UHGV virus genome: UHGV-1356563
Strand: one strand, 5' to 3'
From: a virus
Length of the DNA: 37,145 nucleotides
The notes under the pieces are model-generated. The model saw only the letters and a list, made by a program, of their open reading frames with translations, did not search any database and was not told the DNA's origin. Every line of letters begins with the position of its first letter. Position 1 is the stretch's first letter. Below are positions 9,838 through 19,183 of this stretch, piece by piece. Both the position numbers and the translations under genes were made by a program.

Positions 9838-10392
9838 TTATTTTTCTGTTGGAAGCCCCATAGCTGCTCTGATCGCCGAGAAATTATCTCCACCTGTGCC
9901 AGAGCCGCCAGTTGCTCCTACTGGGTTCTTAAAAGGCTCATCAGAGCCAAATAAATAAGCATCAGACTCCTTTACGGTTTCCAATGCTTTCTTAATGTCC
10001 TCAGACTGGTTTTTCGATCCTTTCAAAGCGTCAATATCAAGCATAGCCATGACCGCTTTTTCATTGCGTCCCCCGGCTGTCTTGATTGCTTCTTTGATCG
10101 TGTCGGAAAAGATGCGGTCTGCTTCTTTGGCAGCGTATTCAGCGTCTTTATCCCTTAACTGCTGATTCAGCTTGTCAATTTCGCCCTGCATAGCTGTTGG
10201 GTCAACATCTTTAAACTTTTCCAAAGATTCCGTTGCGGTCTCAAGCTGACTCTTGTAATTGTCCCGCTCTCCCTCTGCTTTGGTGGTCTTTGCTTTTTCA
10301 GCGGCAATATCTTTCCCGTTCTCTGCCATGATCTTATCAATAGCATCCTGTTCCAATCCGAGTCCTTTTAAAAATTCTGTTTTCATGTTCAT
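9838..10392 (-). CDS. Scaffolding protein
   Basis: 184-aa, highly charged, coiled-coil-type sequence (K/E/A-rich). It lies immediately upstream of the capsid gene. Confidence 0.6.
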   Translation of the reverse strand: MNMKTEFLKGLGLEQDAIDKIMAENGKDIAAEKAKTTKAEGERDNYKSQLETATESLEKFKDVDPTAMQGEIDKLNQQLRDKDAEYAAKEADRIFSDTIKEAIKTAGGRNEKAVMAMLDIDALKGSKNQSEDIKKALETVKESDAYLFGSDEPFKNPVGATGGSGTGGDNFSAIRAAMGLPTEK

Positions 10393-10514
10393 TCTCCTTT
10401 CGTCTTAGGTTGTTTAAGGTGTGTAACCATCCACCACGAATTGACTGTTTAAGGTCTCATCTACTGACCAAAAGGCATAAAAATAACACATATCTCTATG
10501 TGCCAATGTCTTAC

Positions 10515-10628
10515 CTATTCAATTTTTCCGCACTTTGCACAACGCCTAACATATCCCTTTGTAGCCTTGTTGTAGTGCTTGCAATACTTGTGTTTGCAGA
10601 ATCTCTGCTTTAACCATCTGATAAACAT
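10515..10628 (-). CDS. Small zinc-ribbon protein, 37 aa (CKHKYCKH...CAKC)
   Basis: ATG at 10628 with AGGAGGAG 6 nt upstream. It carries two CxxC-like pairs and is below the ORF-track size cutoff. Confidence 0.3.
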   Translation of the reverse strand: MFIRWLKQRFCKHKYCKHYNKATKGYVRRCAKCGKIE

Positions 10629-10735
10629 ATCTCCTCCTAAAGTAACGCCCGTACCTGTTCTTTTAAGCTCTCCGGTACATCATCAATTGTCAAGTGTCCA
10701 CCTTTGATTCTGTTTGCCAAAAACTGTGCCATAAT

Positions 10736-11023
10736 TTACACCCCCATTTTCATTGTTGCTAAAATCAGCTCCTGTACCGCTTGATCTGTGACTTCCTGTG
10801 CCGCCTGTGTTGCTTTTAAGTCCTTTTGCAGCTTGCCGTAGGCGCTCATTCCGTCATCCACAGCCTCGTATTCTTTGATTACATTTTCCTCTGTCTCCGT
10901 ATAGCCAACAAAGACAAGGTTACTAAATCCCTCTGGTTTTTCCTCTTTGAGCGGCTTATAACCTTCCTTTTTGATGGAACTGATTCTCACAGTTCCGTTT
11001 TCCATTATTTTTGCATAGTTCAT
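10736..11023 (-). CDS. Hypothetical phage protein (head module)
   Basis: 95-aa ORF in the operon between the 521-aa ORF and the scaffold gene. A 31-aa ORF (10637..10732) is coupled to it via TAAattATG. Confidence 0.45.
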   Translation of the reverse strand: MNYAKIMENGTVRISSIKKEGYKPLKEEKPEGFSNLVFVGYTETEENVIKEYEAVDDGMSAYGKLQKDLKATQAAQEVTDQAVQELILATMKMGV

Positions 11024-11025
11024 GT

Positions 11026-12591
11026 TTAAATCTCCTTTCGGTATGTTACTTTAATATCGGGGTCAAGCTCCCCTCCGTCAACCGTGATGACTGTGGTAGG
11101 GTAGTAGGCTTTTAATGCTCGGATAGCGTTTTGTTCGGATTGTGGTAGGGGGACGAATTCTTCGGAATCGTCCTTATACAGAACGTGCAATGGATTATCT
11201 GCCAAATACTGTTTATATGCATCCAGTGTAAGTTCCACCTCTTCTGGGAGAGTTATACATAGGATCCCTAAATTATTTATAGTAATACCTGTATCTTTTT
11301 TGTATCCTCCCATTAAATAGTCATATCCTAACAGTTCGATGCAGAACGGTACGACTATTGGGAAAGTAATGTCTGTCCTATAAAATATTTTAGACGCAGG
11401 TTGAATTGACCACTTTCCAGTTTTTCCGTCAATCGTTTCATTCACGGAATTATACAACCACCCAATCTCTCCACCCTGTTCTACCAGTCTGTCCCACTTT
11501 GTGAGAGGGCGGTCGGATGTGAGGGTGAGGAGTTGCTCTTTGTAGGGTTGGTATTCAGTAGCTATACTTCCATATTCATACTGGATTTCAAATCGCTCTG
11601 TAATTTTTTTGATAATTGTTTCATTCGGTGGATACATGCAAGCGTGCATTTTTTCAATGCTTTCAATATGGTATCTTTTGATCACTCCATTATCTACAAG
11701 CCATGTAACCGAATAAGAAGTCGTGCCATCACTGTTTAAACCAAAATAACATTCTGAAATGTCCGCGTTGTTACCCTTGTCCTTAATACTCAATGTGCCT
11801 TTGTCACCATTTCCAACCTTCCATCCTTGGTAAAGGCCTTTTACATCCGGCTCTTTTTGCAAATTCAGTAGGTTTTTCCCAGTAACTTTCACATCCACGT
11901 CATACTTCTGCTTCTCCTCATTCCACTTCCCAGAGTTTTTAATTTCCTGCTGATACTCTTGACTTGGGGATGGTTTACCGCCTGTGTAGGGTTCCCATGT
12001 TCCGTCTCCATCATGATATACGATTGGTTTGATACTCCCTTTTAACTCGGTTCCAATTTTCACGTCGATGAAAAAGTAAAAATCGGTATCGTTTCTCGGC
12101 AATTCTGCAGGCAATACTCTTCCACTGTTACCCTCTCTTATAGTTCCAATAATTGGCGAACCGAACGCTCCGTAAATTCCAAAATCGTAGTTGCAATCCT
12201 TGCTTTTATTCGTTTTCAAATAGATTTTGTTTTCTGGTTTGAATAGCTTCTGGTAATTTTCTCTCGATACGAAAACTTGTATCCATGTATTTATGTTAGG
12301 TGTACCTGTAGCAGTAATCACTCCATCTTTGACCGTCACGGTAACACCATTTTTAGTGACTCCTTCATACCGACTCGCTTCAAACAACTGAGCTCCCGTA
12401 GTCGTCACCTGTTCCGTCTTCCCAACAAGCTCCAGCCTCTCAAGCGGAGCATCCAAGCTGTTCGGCAGTACCAACATCCCTACCCCCTCTAGCTCTACCC
12501 TGTCATAATTCGGTGGCTGCGGAGTGGAGACTCCTAAAGGGCATATCATATCCACTCCGATGATTCCTGTTCCGTCTACCATTTTAAGCAT
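11026..12591 (-). CDS. Large hypothetical protein in the head morphogenesis module (521 aa)
   Basis: Uninterrupted ORF with a 16-nt overlap with the upstream gene. It has no recognisable motifs. It sits between the gp7-like gene and the scaffold gene. Confidence 0.6.
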   Translation of the reverse strand: MLKMVDGTGIIGVDMICPLGVSTPQPPNYDRVELEGVGMLVLPNSLDAPLERLELVGKTEQVTTTGAQLFEASRYEGVTKNGVTVTVKDGVITATGTPNINTWIQVFVSRENYQKLFKPENKIYLKTNKSKDCNYDFGIYGAFGSPIIGTIREGNSGRVLPAELPRNDTDFYFFIDVKIGTELKGSIKPIVYHDGDGTWEPYTGGKPSPSQEYQQEIKNSGKWNEEKQKYDVDVKVTGKNLLNLQKEPDVKGLYQGWKVGNGDKGTLSIKDKGNNADISECYFGLNSDGTTSYSVTWLVDNGVIKRYHIESIEKMHACMYPPNETIIKKITERFEIQYEYGSIATEYQPYKEQLLTLTSDRPLTKWDRLVEQGGEIGWLYNSVNETIDGKTGKWSIQPASKIFYRTDITFPIVVPFCIELLGYDYLMGGYKKDTGITINNLGILCITLPEEVELTLDAYKQYLADNPLHVLYKDDSEEFVPLPQSEQNAIRALKAYYPTTVITVDGGELDPDIKVTYRKEI

Positions 12592-12857
12592 TGTACTTCC
12601 ACTCCTTTTTCTGAGGTTGCTGTGGGGATGATTTGGATGATGTTGCTCTTTCCACCGCCGTAGGTACCGTACTGCAACACCTGTGCGGTTTGCGCCGGAA
12701 TCAGTACGCTCTGCTCTTTTGTCGCATCCCTTTCCAGAGATGCGTAAATATCACCGTCTGTGAAATTCTTGACCAGAAATTCTGATGACGCTGTCTCAAA
12801 TTCAAAAATCAATGTTGCTTCCGCTGTCGGCTGTCTAATTACTTTTACTTTACTCAT
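12576..12857 (-). CDS. Hypothetical phage protein
   Basis: 93-aa ORF in the operon immediately after the head morphogenesis gene. Confidence 0.5.
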   Translation of the reverse strand: MSKVKVIRQPTAEATLIFEFETASSEFLVKNFTDGDIYASLERDATKEQSVLIPAQTAQVLQYGTYGGGKSNIIQIIPTATSEKGVEVQCLKW

Positions 12858-12874
12858 TTTCTAAACCTCCTAAA

Positions 12875-14047
12875 TCATTTTGGTACGGGTGCTACTCTGC
12901 CGCGCATATCGTAATAGATGCGCTCTCTTTCTTGTTGTAGACCCATTTTCTTGCAAAATCTGGTGTATTCTCCAAGCTGTCCTTGATATTTTGCTTTCGC
13001 AAGCATCACATCGTCTGGGTCAGCTCCACCCTGCTTTAATAGCACAGCCTTTTCTCTCTGCGCCCTCATTGCTGTTTCCATTTTCCGCTGTTGCTGTCTG
13101 GCTTCGTATAAGGTGTATTCCTTGCCGTTAAACGTCTTAGGTATACTTTCCTTGCGGTTCTGCTCTACAAGCCAAGAATCAGACCAATTCCGCTCCGAGA
13201 CGCCTTTTACAAAAGGGTAATACTCATGGTAACAGTTTGCTCCAAGTAGTCCGGTAACTGTTCCAAGACCGCATACCGTGACAAGTTCTTTCTTACTCCA
13301 TACCTTACCTTGCCAAACAGCGTGTGATGGTCTTGCTCCGGCGTGCCACGCAATCTCAAAATGTTCTGTTCCTAACTTCTCGGCGTTCATTTCCGTGATT
13401 TTTCCGGTAAGCTGCGACACTCCTGTCATAACCGCCCTTCTGGCAGCCACATCTACCCTGCTATGCCACCCAGAAGCGTAATCAATGCTTCTGAGTCCAC
13501 TGTTGGTGAGTTGCGTGACTACCTTGCGAATCATAGTGTTGTAGTCAAACGTGCCGTATACAACCCCTGTAATAGCTTGGTCGAGATATCCTTGGTAGAT
13601 ATCAGACAGCGGCGTCATAACAAGTTTTCCATTCCCGTAATCCACATAAAATCCCATCGATTGCGTGATGTCTCGAAGCTCATCATTGCTCTGCCGGATA
13701 AATCCCTCTGTAAGCTGTTGTAACTCCTTATTATCCTCGTAAGGGATATATTCCGCATTGACCTGCTCGTAGATGTCTTTATTGCGGACATATTCCCAAT
13801 CAATAACCTTGTCATACAACTCAAACACTTCCGGATAGGACAGGTTCAGCGTGGTTTTTATCATATTTTCGATGTCCTCAGAAGAGTACCCGATGATCTG
13901 CAACCGGTTAATCTGCCAGTCTGCCGTGCTTGTAATTTTTCCGGCTTTTTTGATTCTGCGAACAATGTCCTCAAGAATCATATGCTCCAAGTCCAGAAAA
14001 TGCTTTTCAATCTGGCCGGATAGTTGTTTCTTGTAGTCCTCTCTCAA
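12875..14047 (-). CDS. Head morphogenesis / minor capsid protein (SPP1 gp7-like)
   Basis: 390-aa ORF directly downstream of the portal gene. Its size, position and sequence are typical of the Mu F / SPP1 gp7 family. Confidence 0.7.
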   Translation of the reverse strand: MREDYKKQLSGQIEKHFLDLEHMILEDIVRRIKKAGKITSTADWQINRLQIIGYSSEDIENMIKTTLNLSYPEVFELYDKVIDWEYVRNKDIYEQVNAEYIPYEDNKELQQLTEGFIRQSNDELRDITQSMGFYVDYGNGKLVMTPLSDIYQGYLDQAITGVVYGTFDYNTMIRKVVTQLTNSGLRSIDYASGWHSRVDVAARRAVMTGVSQLTGKITEMNAEKLGTEHFEIAWHAGARPSHAVWQGKVWSKKELVTVCGLGTVTGLLGANCYHEYYPFVKGVSERNWSDSWLVEQNRKESIPKTFNGKEYTLYEARQQQRKMETAMRAQREKAVLLKQGGADPDDVMLAKAKYQGQLGEYTRFCKKMGLQQERERIYYDMRGRVAPVPK

Positions 14048-14056
14048 TTAGATCAC

Positions 14057-15424
14057 CTACTCCATAACTTGATTCTGTTCCGGCAACATCTTTTTCGCTG
14101 TGGCCTCATCCTCGTTGTACCATTTCATCCGGTATTCCAAATGTGACATAACTCCCATGCTCACGTCCTGTCTGTCCTGCTGGCGCTCTGTTTCCTCATC
14201 GGTCAGTATAGAATCGTTAAATTTACATGAGAACTCATATCCAGAATTAAGCATACTGTTGTAGAATGCAAGCCCTGCGGCAAAGTCCTCTAAGCAATCG
14301 TATAAGTTATTCTGGATTGCCGTTACCCTGTTGTACTTCCGGTTCTTTGATGCTTTGATTTCCGTGGCTGTCTTTGCCACTTCCTGCGCATCCGACAGAT
14401 CTCCATAAGCAAGACCTACAGAAAACTCAATCTCTCGCTTGTACTCTTCCAATCCACGCTTAAAGGCTTCATCCCTCATTTCTGGGGAGTATTCTTTCAG
14501 AAGTTCCTGATCCTTTCCAGCATCCAGATTCATTCCCCGGTACAGTTTGTTTTTAAGTTTCGGTAGTCCAAACTTGCCAGTTGCCTTGTCTTGTTTCAGA
14601 GCCCTGTTATCCACATGGATAGCACGCTCGCCCGATTCGTATTCCCAGTCAAGTCTTGCTCCCTGTGTATCCGCTTTCCGAATCAGTTCAGTGGCTGACT
14701 CATATACCGATACACCACAAGCAGAACCATCCACCTTGTTTTTGATTGGATTACGGTAATATCCAAAGTCCATTCGGTTCATTCCCGGGTAAGTAATCGG
14801 TCCAGATAGGATATTTTCCCACTCTTCCACTGCTTCTAAGCTGCACGGAAGACCGATATCATTCGCTGTCTGGGAGTGAAAACACTTGTTTTCTATGGTC
14901 AGATTCCCATCCACAAAATAGTGTCGTTCAAGCCTTGTGAAATAATCAGCATCACCAACCTTTTTTACGGTCAAAAATGCAATATCATTCGGCTTTCCAT
15001 CATCCCCAAAACTAATCGGGATAATCTTGTCAGCTGAGATAAATTCAGCAGCCGATTCTCCCAGTGGTTTCAAAACAAATGACCCAAGCGCAAGCCCTTC
15101 TTGCAAGTTCTCATTCAGACTCGTGATATTCTTCTGATAGATCTTGTCCAGACGTTCATTACTTACATTGGTTTCCATTTCCACAAGTGCACAGTCTGCA
15201 AACTCTCGGCAGATTCCGTCTTCAATTCCAAGGGAAACAATGCTATCTGAGATCCAATCTGCATCACCATTTAACATCTGTCTCCATCTGTTGATTGCAT
15301 CTATCATGTCGTTGGATAGTGCGATATCCTTGCCGATAATCTGTTTTAATGTTGTATACCCAAACATCCTCATGATTCCTTTCCAAAGTCTTTTAATCCC
15401 ATCAAACATTTTCCACCTCTTCAA
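14057..15424 (-). CDS. Portal protein (SPP1 family)
   Basis: 455-aa ORF immediately downstream of terL with a 23-nt overlap. Its length and position are typical of portal proteins. Confidence 0.8.
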   Translation of the reverse strand: MKRWKMFDGIKRLWKGIMRMFGYTTLKQIIGKDIALSNDMIDAINRWRQMLNGDADWISDSIVSLGIEDGICREFADCALVEMETNVSNERLDKIYQKNITSLNENLQEGLALGSFVLKPLGESAAEFISADKIIPISFGDDGKPNDIAFLTVKKVGDADYFTRLERHYFVDGNLTIENKCFHSQTANDIGLPCSLEAVEEWENILSGPITYPGMNRMDFGYYRNPIKNKVDGSACGVSVYESATELIRKADTQGARLDWEYESGERAIHVDNRALKQDKATGKFGLPKLKNKLYRGMNLDAGKDQELLKEYSPEMRDEAFKRGLEEYKREIEFSVGLAYGDLSDAQEVAKTATEIKASKNRKYNRVTAIQNNLYDCLEDFAAGLAFYNSMLNSGYEFSCKFNDSILTDEETERQQDRQDVSMGVMSHLEYRMKWYNEDEATAKKMLPEQNQVME

Positions 15425-16736
15425 TTAGGTATTTCATGTCACGTTCGATTGTGTATTCGAACGCATCCAAGCTGTCAATGTCAGTGCTGCCATCGTCCAG
15501 ACGTTCATCTTTCCCTACTACCTCTTTATTCCAAACGGCATCCGAAAAGGCAGTTTGAAGAGATTCGCAGTCTTTTGTAATAAAAAACCGCCCAGCCCCC
15601 ATGAGCTTGACGATACATCTGATTCTGTCGTTTATAGGTCTTTTCTTCGCCGGTTTGACAGCAATCCACGGAAACTCTTTTTCCACAGCATTACGGACAG
15701 AGTTCCCGAGTACTGTCTCCGCATTGTCCCAAAATACGGATTCTACGTTGCAATACTGCACGTAATCACCGCTTTTCACGCACACAGAGTAATCATCTAT
15801 CACTTCTTGTACAAACTCGCAGAACAGCTTATTCAGTCGATTACTGTCGATGTCCTCGTTTTCATCCTTAGCCATGACTCTTCTGGATTTTAAAGCAATC
15901 ACGTCTCTGTAGTTGTCCGTATATCCTCTGGCAACGAATGAGTGACCAGATTGATTACCGCCAAAGTCCAGTCCAATCTCGATTGATGTGATATCTTCCT
16001 TCCGGAACTGCTTATACTCTGAGTCTGGAGAGAACTCATCCACGATTTCGCATTTGAACGCTTCTGGGTTGTCTGCAAACCGCTTATAAATCGCTCCATC
16101 TGCTCGTTTCCACAAGCCAAGGATGAGGCGGTCATAATAGATTGTACCATCATATTCCTTGCAGAGTTGCTTGACAAATTCTGGATCCAGAAATGGATTA
16201 TCGAATATGGTGTACTTTTGGAGATAGATGTCCAGCTCTACATTGTCAATGAACTCTTTGAGCCAATGCGTTGGATGCTCTGGGTTGCAAGCTCCGTCAA
16301 AGCAGGAGTATGTCTTATCGAGACGGGATTTAAGCATCTGGAAGACTTCTTTGTTCCATTTTGCGATCTCATCCCCGTAACAATACTTGATGGACGCTCC
16401 CTGTATCTTTGCGACTTGACTGACCTTTTCCGCGCCGAGACAATAGACATCCTCTCCGCATACTCTGGCAACATTCCGATTGTTAATGTTCCCGATCAGA
16501 TCACTGGTATAGATTTCTCTCATCGGTTGCAGGACGTTTCGCTCTATGGATTCTTTTGAAACTCCCATAATGACATTCAAGCCGGGCTTTCCTGCTCTTT
16601 CTCTGATTCTTTTAGGCACGATATAAGCAGTATCAACATAAGACTTTCCAGAACGCACCGCACCAGACTTGATATTCCATCTATGCGTTGCGTTTATGAT
16701 GTACTCATTCTGTTTCTTGCTTAGCTGCATTGTCAT
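15402..16736 (-). CDS. terL: Terminase large subunit (PBSX/XtmB-type)
   Basis: 444 aa. There is a Walker A-like motif (KSGAVRSGKS) near the N-terminus and a C-terminal nuclease-type region. It follows terS. Confidence 0.9.
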   Translation of the reverse strand: MTMQLSKKQNEYIINATHRWNIKSGAVRSGKSYVDTAYIVPKRIRERAGKPGLNVIMGVSKESIERNVLQPMREIYTSDLIGNINNRNVARVCGEDVYCLGAEKVSQVAKIQGASIKYCYGDEIAKWNKEVFQMLKSRLDKTYSCFDGACNPEHPTHWLKEFIDNVELDIYLQKYTIFDNPFLDPEFVKQLCKEYDGTIYYDRLILGLWKRADGAIYKRFADNPEAFKCEIVDEFSPDSEYKQFRKEDITSIEIGLDFGGNQSGHSFVARGYTDNYRDVIALKSRRVMAKDENEDIDSNRLNKLFCEFVQEVIDDYSVCVKSGDYVQYCNVESVFWDNAETVLGNSVRNAVEKEFPWIAVKPAKKRPINDRIRCIVKLMGAGRFFITKDCESLQTAFSDAVWNKEVVGKDERLDDGSTDIDSLDAFEYTIERDMKYLIEEVENV

Positions 16737-17172
16737 GCAATCCTTTCAAGATTTCATCCAGCTTTTCAATTGCTGTTCTATCCTCGTATTCTTGCTTATC
16801 TCTCCATTTGTCCGGTTTCCGGTTCTTTAACCAGAAGATCTGGGCTGTAGTGTCCGGTGCTACTTGCTTTGTGACCTTTTTCGTAGTTTTCATCTCATCG
16901 AGTTCCGGTATGTATTCTCTGGTCGTTTCCGTGTACTCATATCCAAGCGCACGCTTCAGAAGAGCATTCTCGACTTGACGATCAACGACCTCTTTTCCTC
17001 TTTTTAGGGTGTCCGAAATGTCCGAATACTTGTCTTTCCAGCTATTTAATGTGCTTCTGGAAATCCCGATATTATCTGCAATCTGCTCGTCCGTCAGACC
17101 ATCTCTCGCCCATCCCTCTATCTTCAGCAAGCCTTCCGGCTCTAGCCACTCTTGATATTTACCTTTTGCCAT
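16705..17172 (-). CDS. terS: Terminase small subunit
   Basis: 155 aa from the ATG at 17172 (MAKGKYQEW...) with GGTGGTGA upstream. It has an HTH-like N-terminus and overlaps terL by 32 nt. The ORF-track extension to a TTG start at 17292 has no RBS. Confidence 0.6.
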   Translation of the reverse strand: MAKGKYQEWLEPEGLLKIEGWARDGLTDEQIADNIGISRSTLNSWKDKYSDISDTLKRGKEVVDRQVENALLKRALGYEYTETTREYIPELDEMKTTKKVTKQVAPDTTAQIFWLKNRKPDKWRDKQEYEDRTAIEKLDEILKGLHDNAAKQETE

Positions 17173-17332
17173 CCGACTCACCACCTTTATAGCATAATAA
17201 AAGCACCCATCTCTGGATGCTAAGAATGTAGGACTACTGCTATGAAAATTACAAACGCCAACAAAAACCAAAATAACCAAGTACACAATCAAAATTTATA
17301 GGAAAAAGGAGGAACCTTGCAGTAGTCCACAA

Positions 17333-17405
17333 CGGGTATAGCAGGATTCGAACCTGCGACACATCGGTTAACAGCCGATCGCTCTACCAACTGAGCTATA
17401 CACCC
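17333..17405 (-). tRNA. tRNA-Asn (anticodon GTT)
   Basis: A full cloverleaf can be folded by hand. Acceptor GGGTGTA/TATACCC (one G-U pair). D-arm GCTC-AGTTGGTA-GAGC. Anticodon stem ATCGG/CCGAT with loop CTGTTAA. T-arm GCAGG-TTCGAAT-CCTGC. Discriminator G. No encoded CCA. Confidence 0.85.
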
Positions 17406-17606
17406 GTAGGATGCCTTTTATTGACACCCTTCACCCTATCCGCACTCGGGCACTGACACAAAATATAGAATGCAAATAGATTGAATCTCTATTAACTGTT
17501 TCTGCAGATCTGCGGATATCTGCGTTTTGGTACCATTGCAATGTAAGTCCGGTGTGCACTCCCAGAACAGACCTCAGCTGTGCAGCCTGTATACTCACAT
17601 CGCAAA

Positions 17607-17677
17607 GCGGAGCACTTGGAATCGAACCAAGGACACAGGGCGCGACCCTGCGCATCTACCATTGATGCTATACTCCA
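17607..17677 (-). ncRNA. Degenerate tRNA-like element (pseudo-tRNA?)
   Basis: Acceptor TGGAGTA/TGCTCCG (two G-U pairs). D-arm GCAT-CAATGGTAG-ATGC. Perfect T-arm CTTGG-TTCGATT-CCAAG. The anticodon arm CAGGG-TCGCG-CCCTG closes a 5-nt loop only, so it is not a canonical decoder. Confidence 0.3.
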
Positions 17678-17680
17678 CAT

Positions 17681-17718
17681 AAAAACACCGCCAGACGAGA
17701 AAGGGTAAAGTCCAGCGG
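17681..17718 (-). terminator. Rho-independent terminator after the late-regulator gene
   Basis: On the minus strand, CCGCTGGAC-N13-GTCTGGCGG (9 bp with 2 G-U pairs) is followed by TGTTTTTAT. Confidence 0.4.
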
Positions 17719-17799
17719 TATTCCGAATGTTTGGAAAGATTGTTTTAGAACAATATACAATCGTTCTAGAATAATTATAGCATAAGTAAAATATAAATG

Positions 17800-18222
17800 C
17801 TATAAATCTTTAAGCTGTCCGCTTATAATCTGCGATACTCGCGCCTGAGTATATCCAATTTCATCTGCGACTTTTTGCTGGGTTTTCCCCTCAAGATAGT
17901 GCAACTCGAATATCTCCTTAATCTCCGGATCATCAATCCCATTTATGTAGTCCTCTACCTCTTTCTGTTCCTTCAGAAGCAGCAACCTGTCCGCTTCTTT
18001 TTTTCTGATCTGCCGTCTTATATTCTCTTCTTCGTAAGGGTCATACATTTGTACAGATGTTCGTACTTCCGTGTATGGGAAATCTGCACTTGATCCAGTT
18101 ACTTTTCCCATGACCACAGTTGACTCTCGTTCGCATAGTTCCTGTATTTGCTCCTCAATCCGGATAAGTCTATCTTTATTCGATTTATACCTTTTCAGTA
18201 TCTTCTTGTCCACTGGCAACAC
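17800..18222 (-). CDS. Late-gene transcriptional regulator, ArpU/RinA (sigma-70 region-4-like) family
   Basis: 140 aa. The C-terminal sigma-70 region-4-type HTH (ELHYLEGKTQQKVADEIGYTQARVSQI) is characteristic of ArpU-family phage late activators. It lies upstream of the tRNA/terS block. Confidence 0.65.
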   Translation of the reverse strand: MLPVDKKILKRYKSNKDRLIRIEEQIQELCERESTVVMGKVTGSSADFPYTEVRTSVQMYDPYEEENIRRQIRKKEADRLLLLKEQKEVEDYINGIDDPEIKEIFELHYLEGKTQQKVADEIGYTQARVSQIISGQLKDL

Positions 18223-18394
18223 TCCCTTTCGTATCTACTCCCCATTTTCTTAAGCAGTCCTCTACAGAGTACGCCTTTCTTTTCATCCATTTCTTAGCGT
18301 TCTCTGTTGGCTCATGCTTAGCCATATCATGTGCATCTATCTTTCGAATGACTCCTGCCGTCTCCTTTCTGCGTTTCATAGTATCTCTTGTCAT
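18185..18394 (-). CDS. Hypothetical small basic protein
   Basis: 69-aa ORF overlapping the start of the ArpU-like gene by 38 nt. It is uncertain. Confidence 0.3.
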   Translation of the reverse strand: MTRDTMKRRKETAGVIRKIDAHDMAKHEPTENAKKWMKRKAYSVEDCLRKWGVDTKGSVASGQEDTEKV

Positions 18395-18987
18395 TCCTGC
18401 ATCACCTCAATTTCCTCTCCTGTCAGCTCTTCAAGCTTCTGTCGCATTTCTTCTACTGTCATTTTCTTTGGTTCTTTGCGCTCCCAGATGAGTTCAAGGT
18501 TGTCATCATGCATGATACTGCTAATTTCCCCCATGCATTTAATCTTATATACTCTAACTATTTCCAAATCGCTTACCACATTTTTTAAGTTTTCGTTATA
18601 GTCTCCCAAATCCACATATCCATCTTCACCAGTCAAAAAGCCGCCTATAACAAGTCTTTTCCCGAAACGGTTATCATTATATTCGACCACCATTCCGTCT
18701 TTTAAATCTGACTTTGTAAATTTTTTCTGCATGTAATCACTCCATTCTAAGATTTTATAATTGTACTTTTCCGCAAAATCACGAGTCGAATATTCTCCGC
18801 TTCCGTAATAACACGTTCCTTCGTTTCGCATATAATTTGTATTTTTCAAATAACTTTCTCCGTTACACCACTTCATTCCATGTTCGTGCATCTGCTTACA
18901 AAAGTCTACCGCTTCCTCCTCAGTCTTACAGTACACCGCAATCTTATTGTCTTTATTTTTAAATTCGTTCCAATTAAATTTTTTCAT
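18391..18987 (-). CDS. Hypothetical phage protein
   Basis: 198-aa ORF with a 4-nt overlap with the downstream gene. No motif recognised. Confidence 0.55.
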   Translation of the reverse strand: MKKFNWNEFKNKDNKIAVYCKTEEEAVDFCKQMHEHGMKWCNGESYLKNTNYMRNEGTCYYGSGEYSTRDFAEKYNYKILEWSDYMQKKFTKSDLKDGMVVEYNDNRFGKRLVIGGFLTGEDGYVDLGDYNENLKNVVSDLEIVRVYKIKCMGEISSIMHDDNLELIWERKEPKKMTVEEMRQKLEELTGEEIEVMQE

Positions 18988-18991
18988 CTTC

Positions 18992-19183
18992 CTACCTCAC
19001 TATCTTTCGCACGATCCAATCCACAAATACAACAAATAGTACAAACGGAAAGAGCAAAGCCATTAAATAATCCTCAAATTTCAGTTCTGCATCCTCATAT
19101 ACCCCACTTATTAGTGCTACCATAGTTCCCAGCCCCAGGATGTAGTAAAGGGTCAAGAATGCGATTGTGATTAAAATGTCCAT
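18992..19183 (-). CDS. Small membrane protein (two predicted TM helices)
   Basis: 63-aa hydrophobic ORF (ITIAFLTLYYILGLG...LLFPFVLFVVFV). Confidence 0.45.
   Translation of the reverse strand: MDILITIAFLTLYYILGLGTMVALISGVYEDAELKFEDYLMALLFPFVLFVVFVDWIVRKIVR

Noticed and set aside
16705-17292. ORF-track terS beginning at 17292 with a hydrophobic N-terminal extension
   Set aside because: The start is a TTG without an RBS. The extension contains a hairpin plus U-tract. The internal ATG at 17172 has a GGTGGTGA SD and gives a normal-sized terS.
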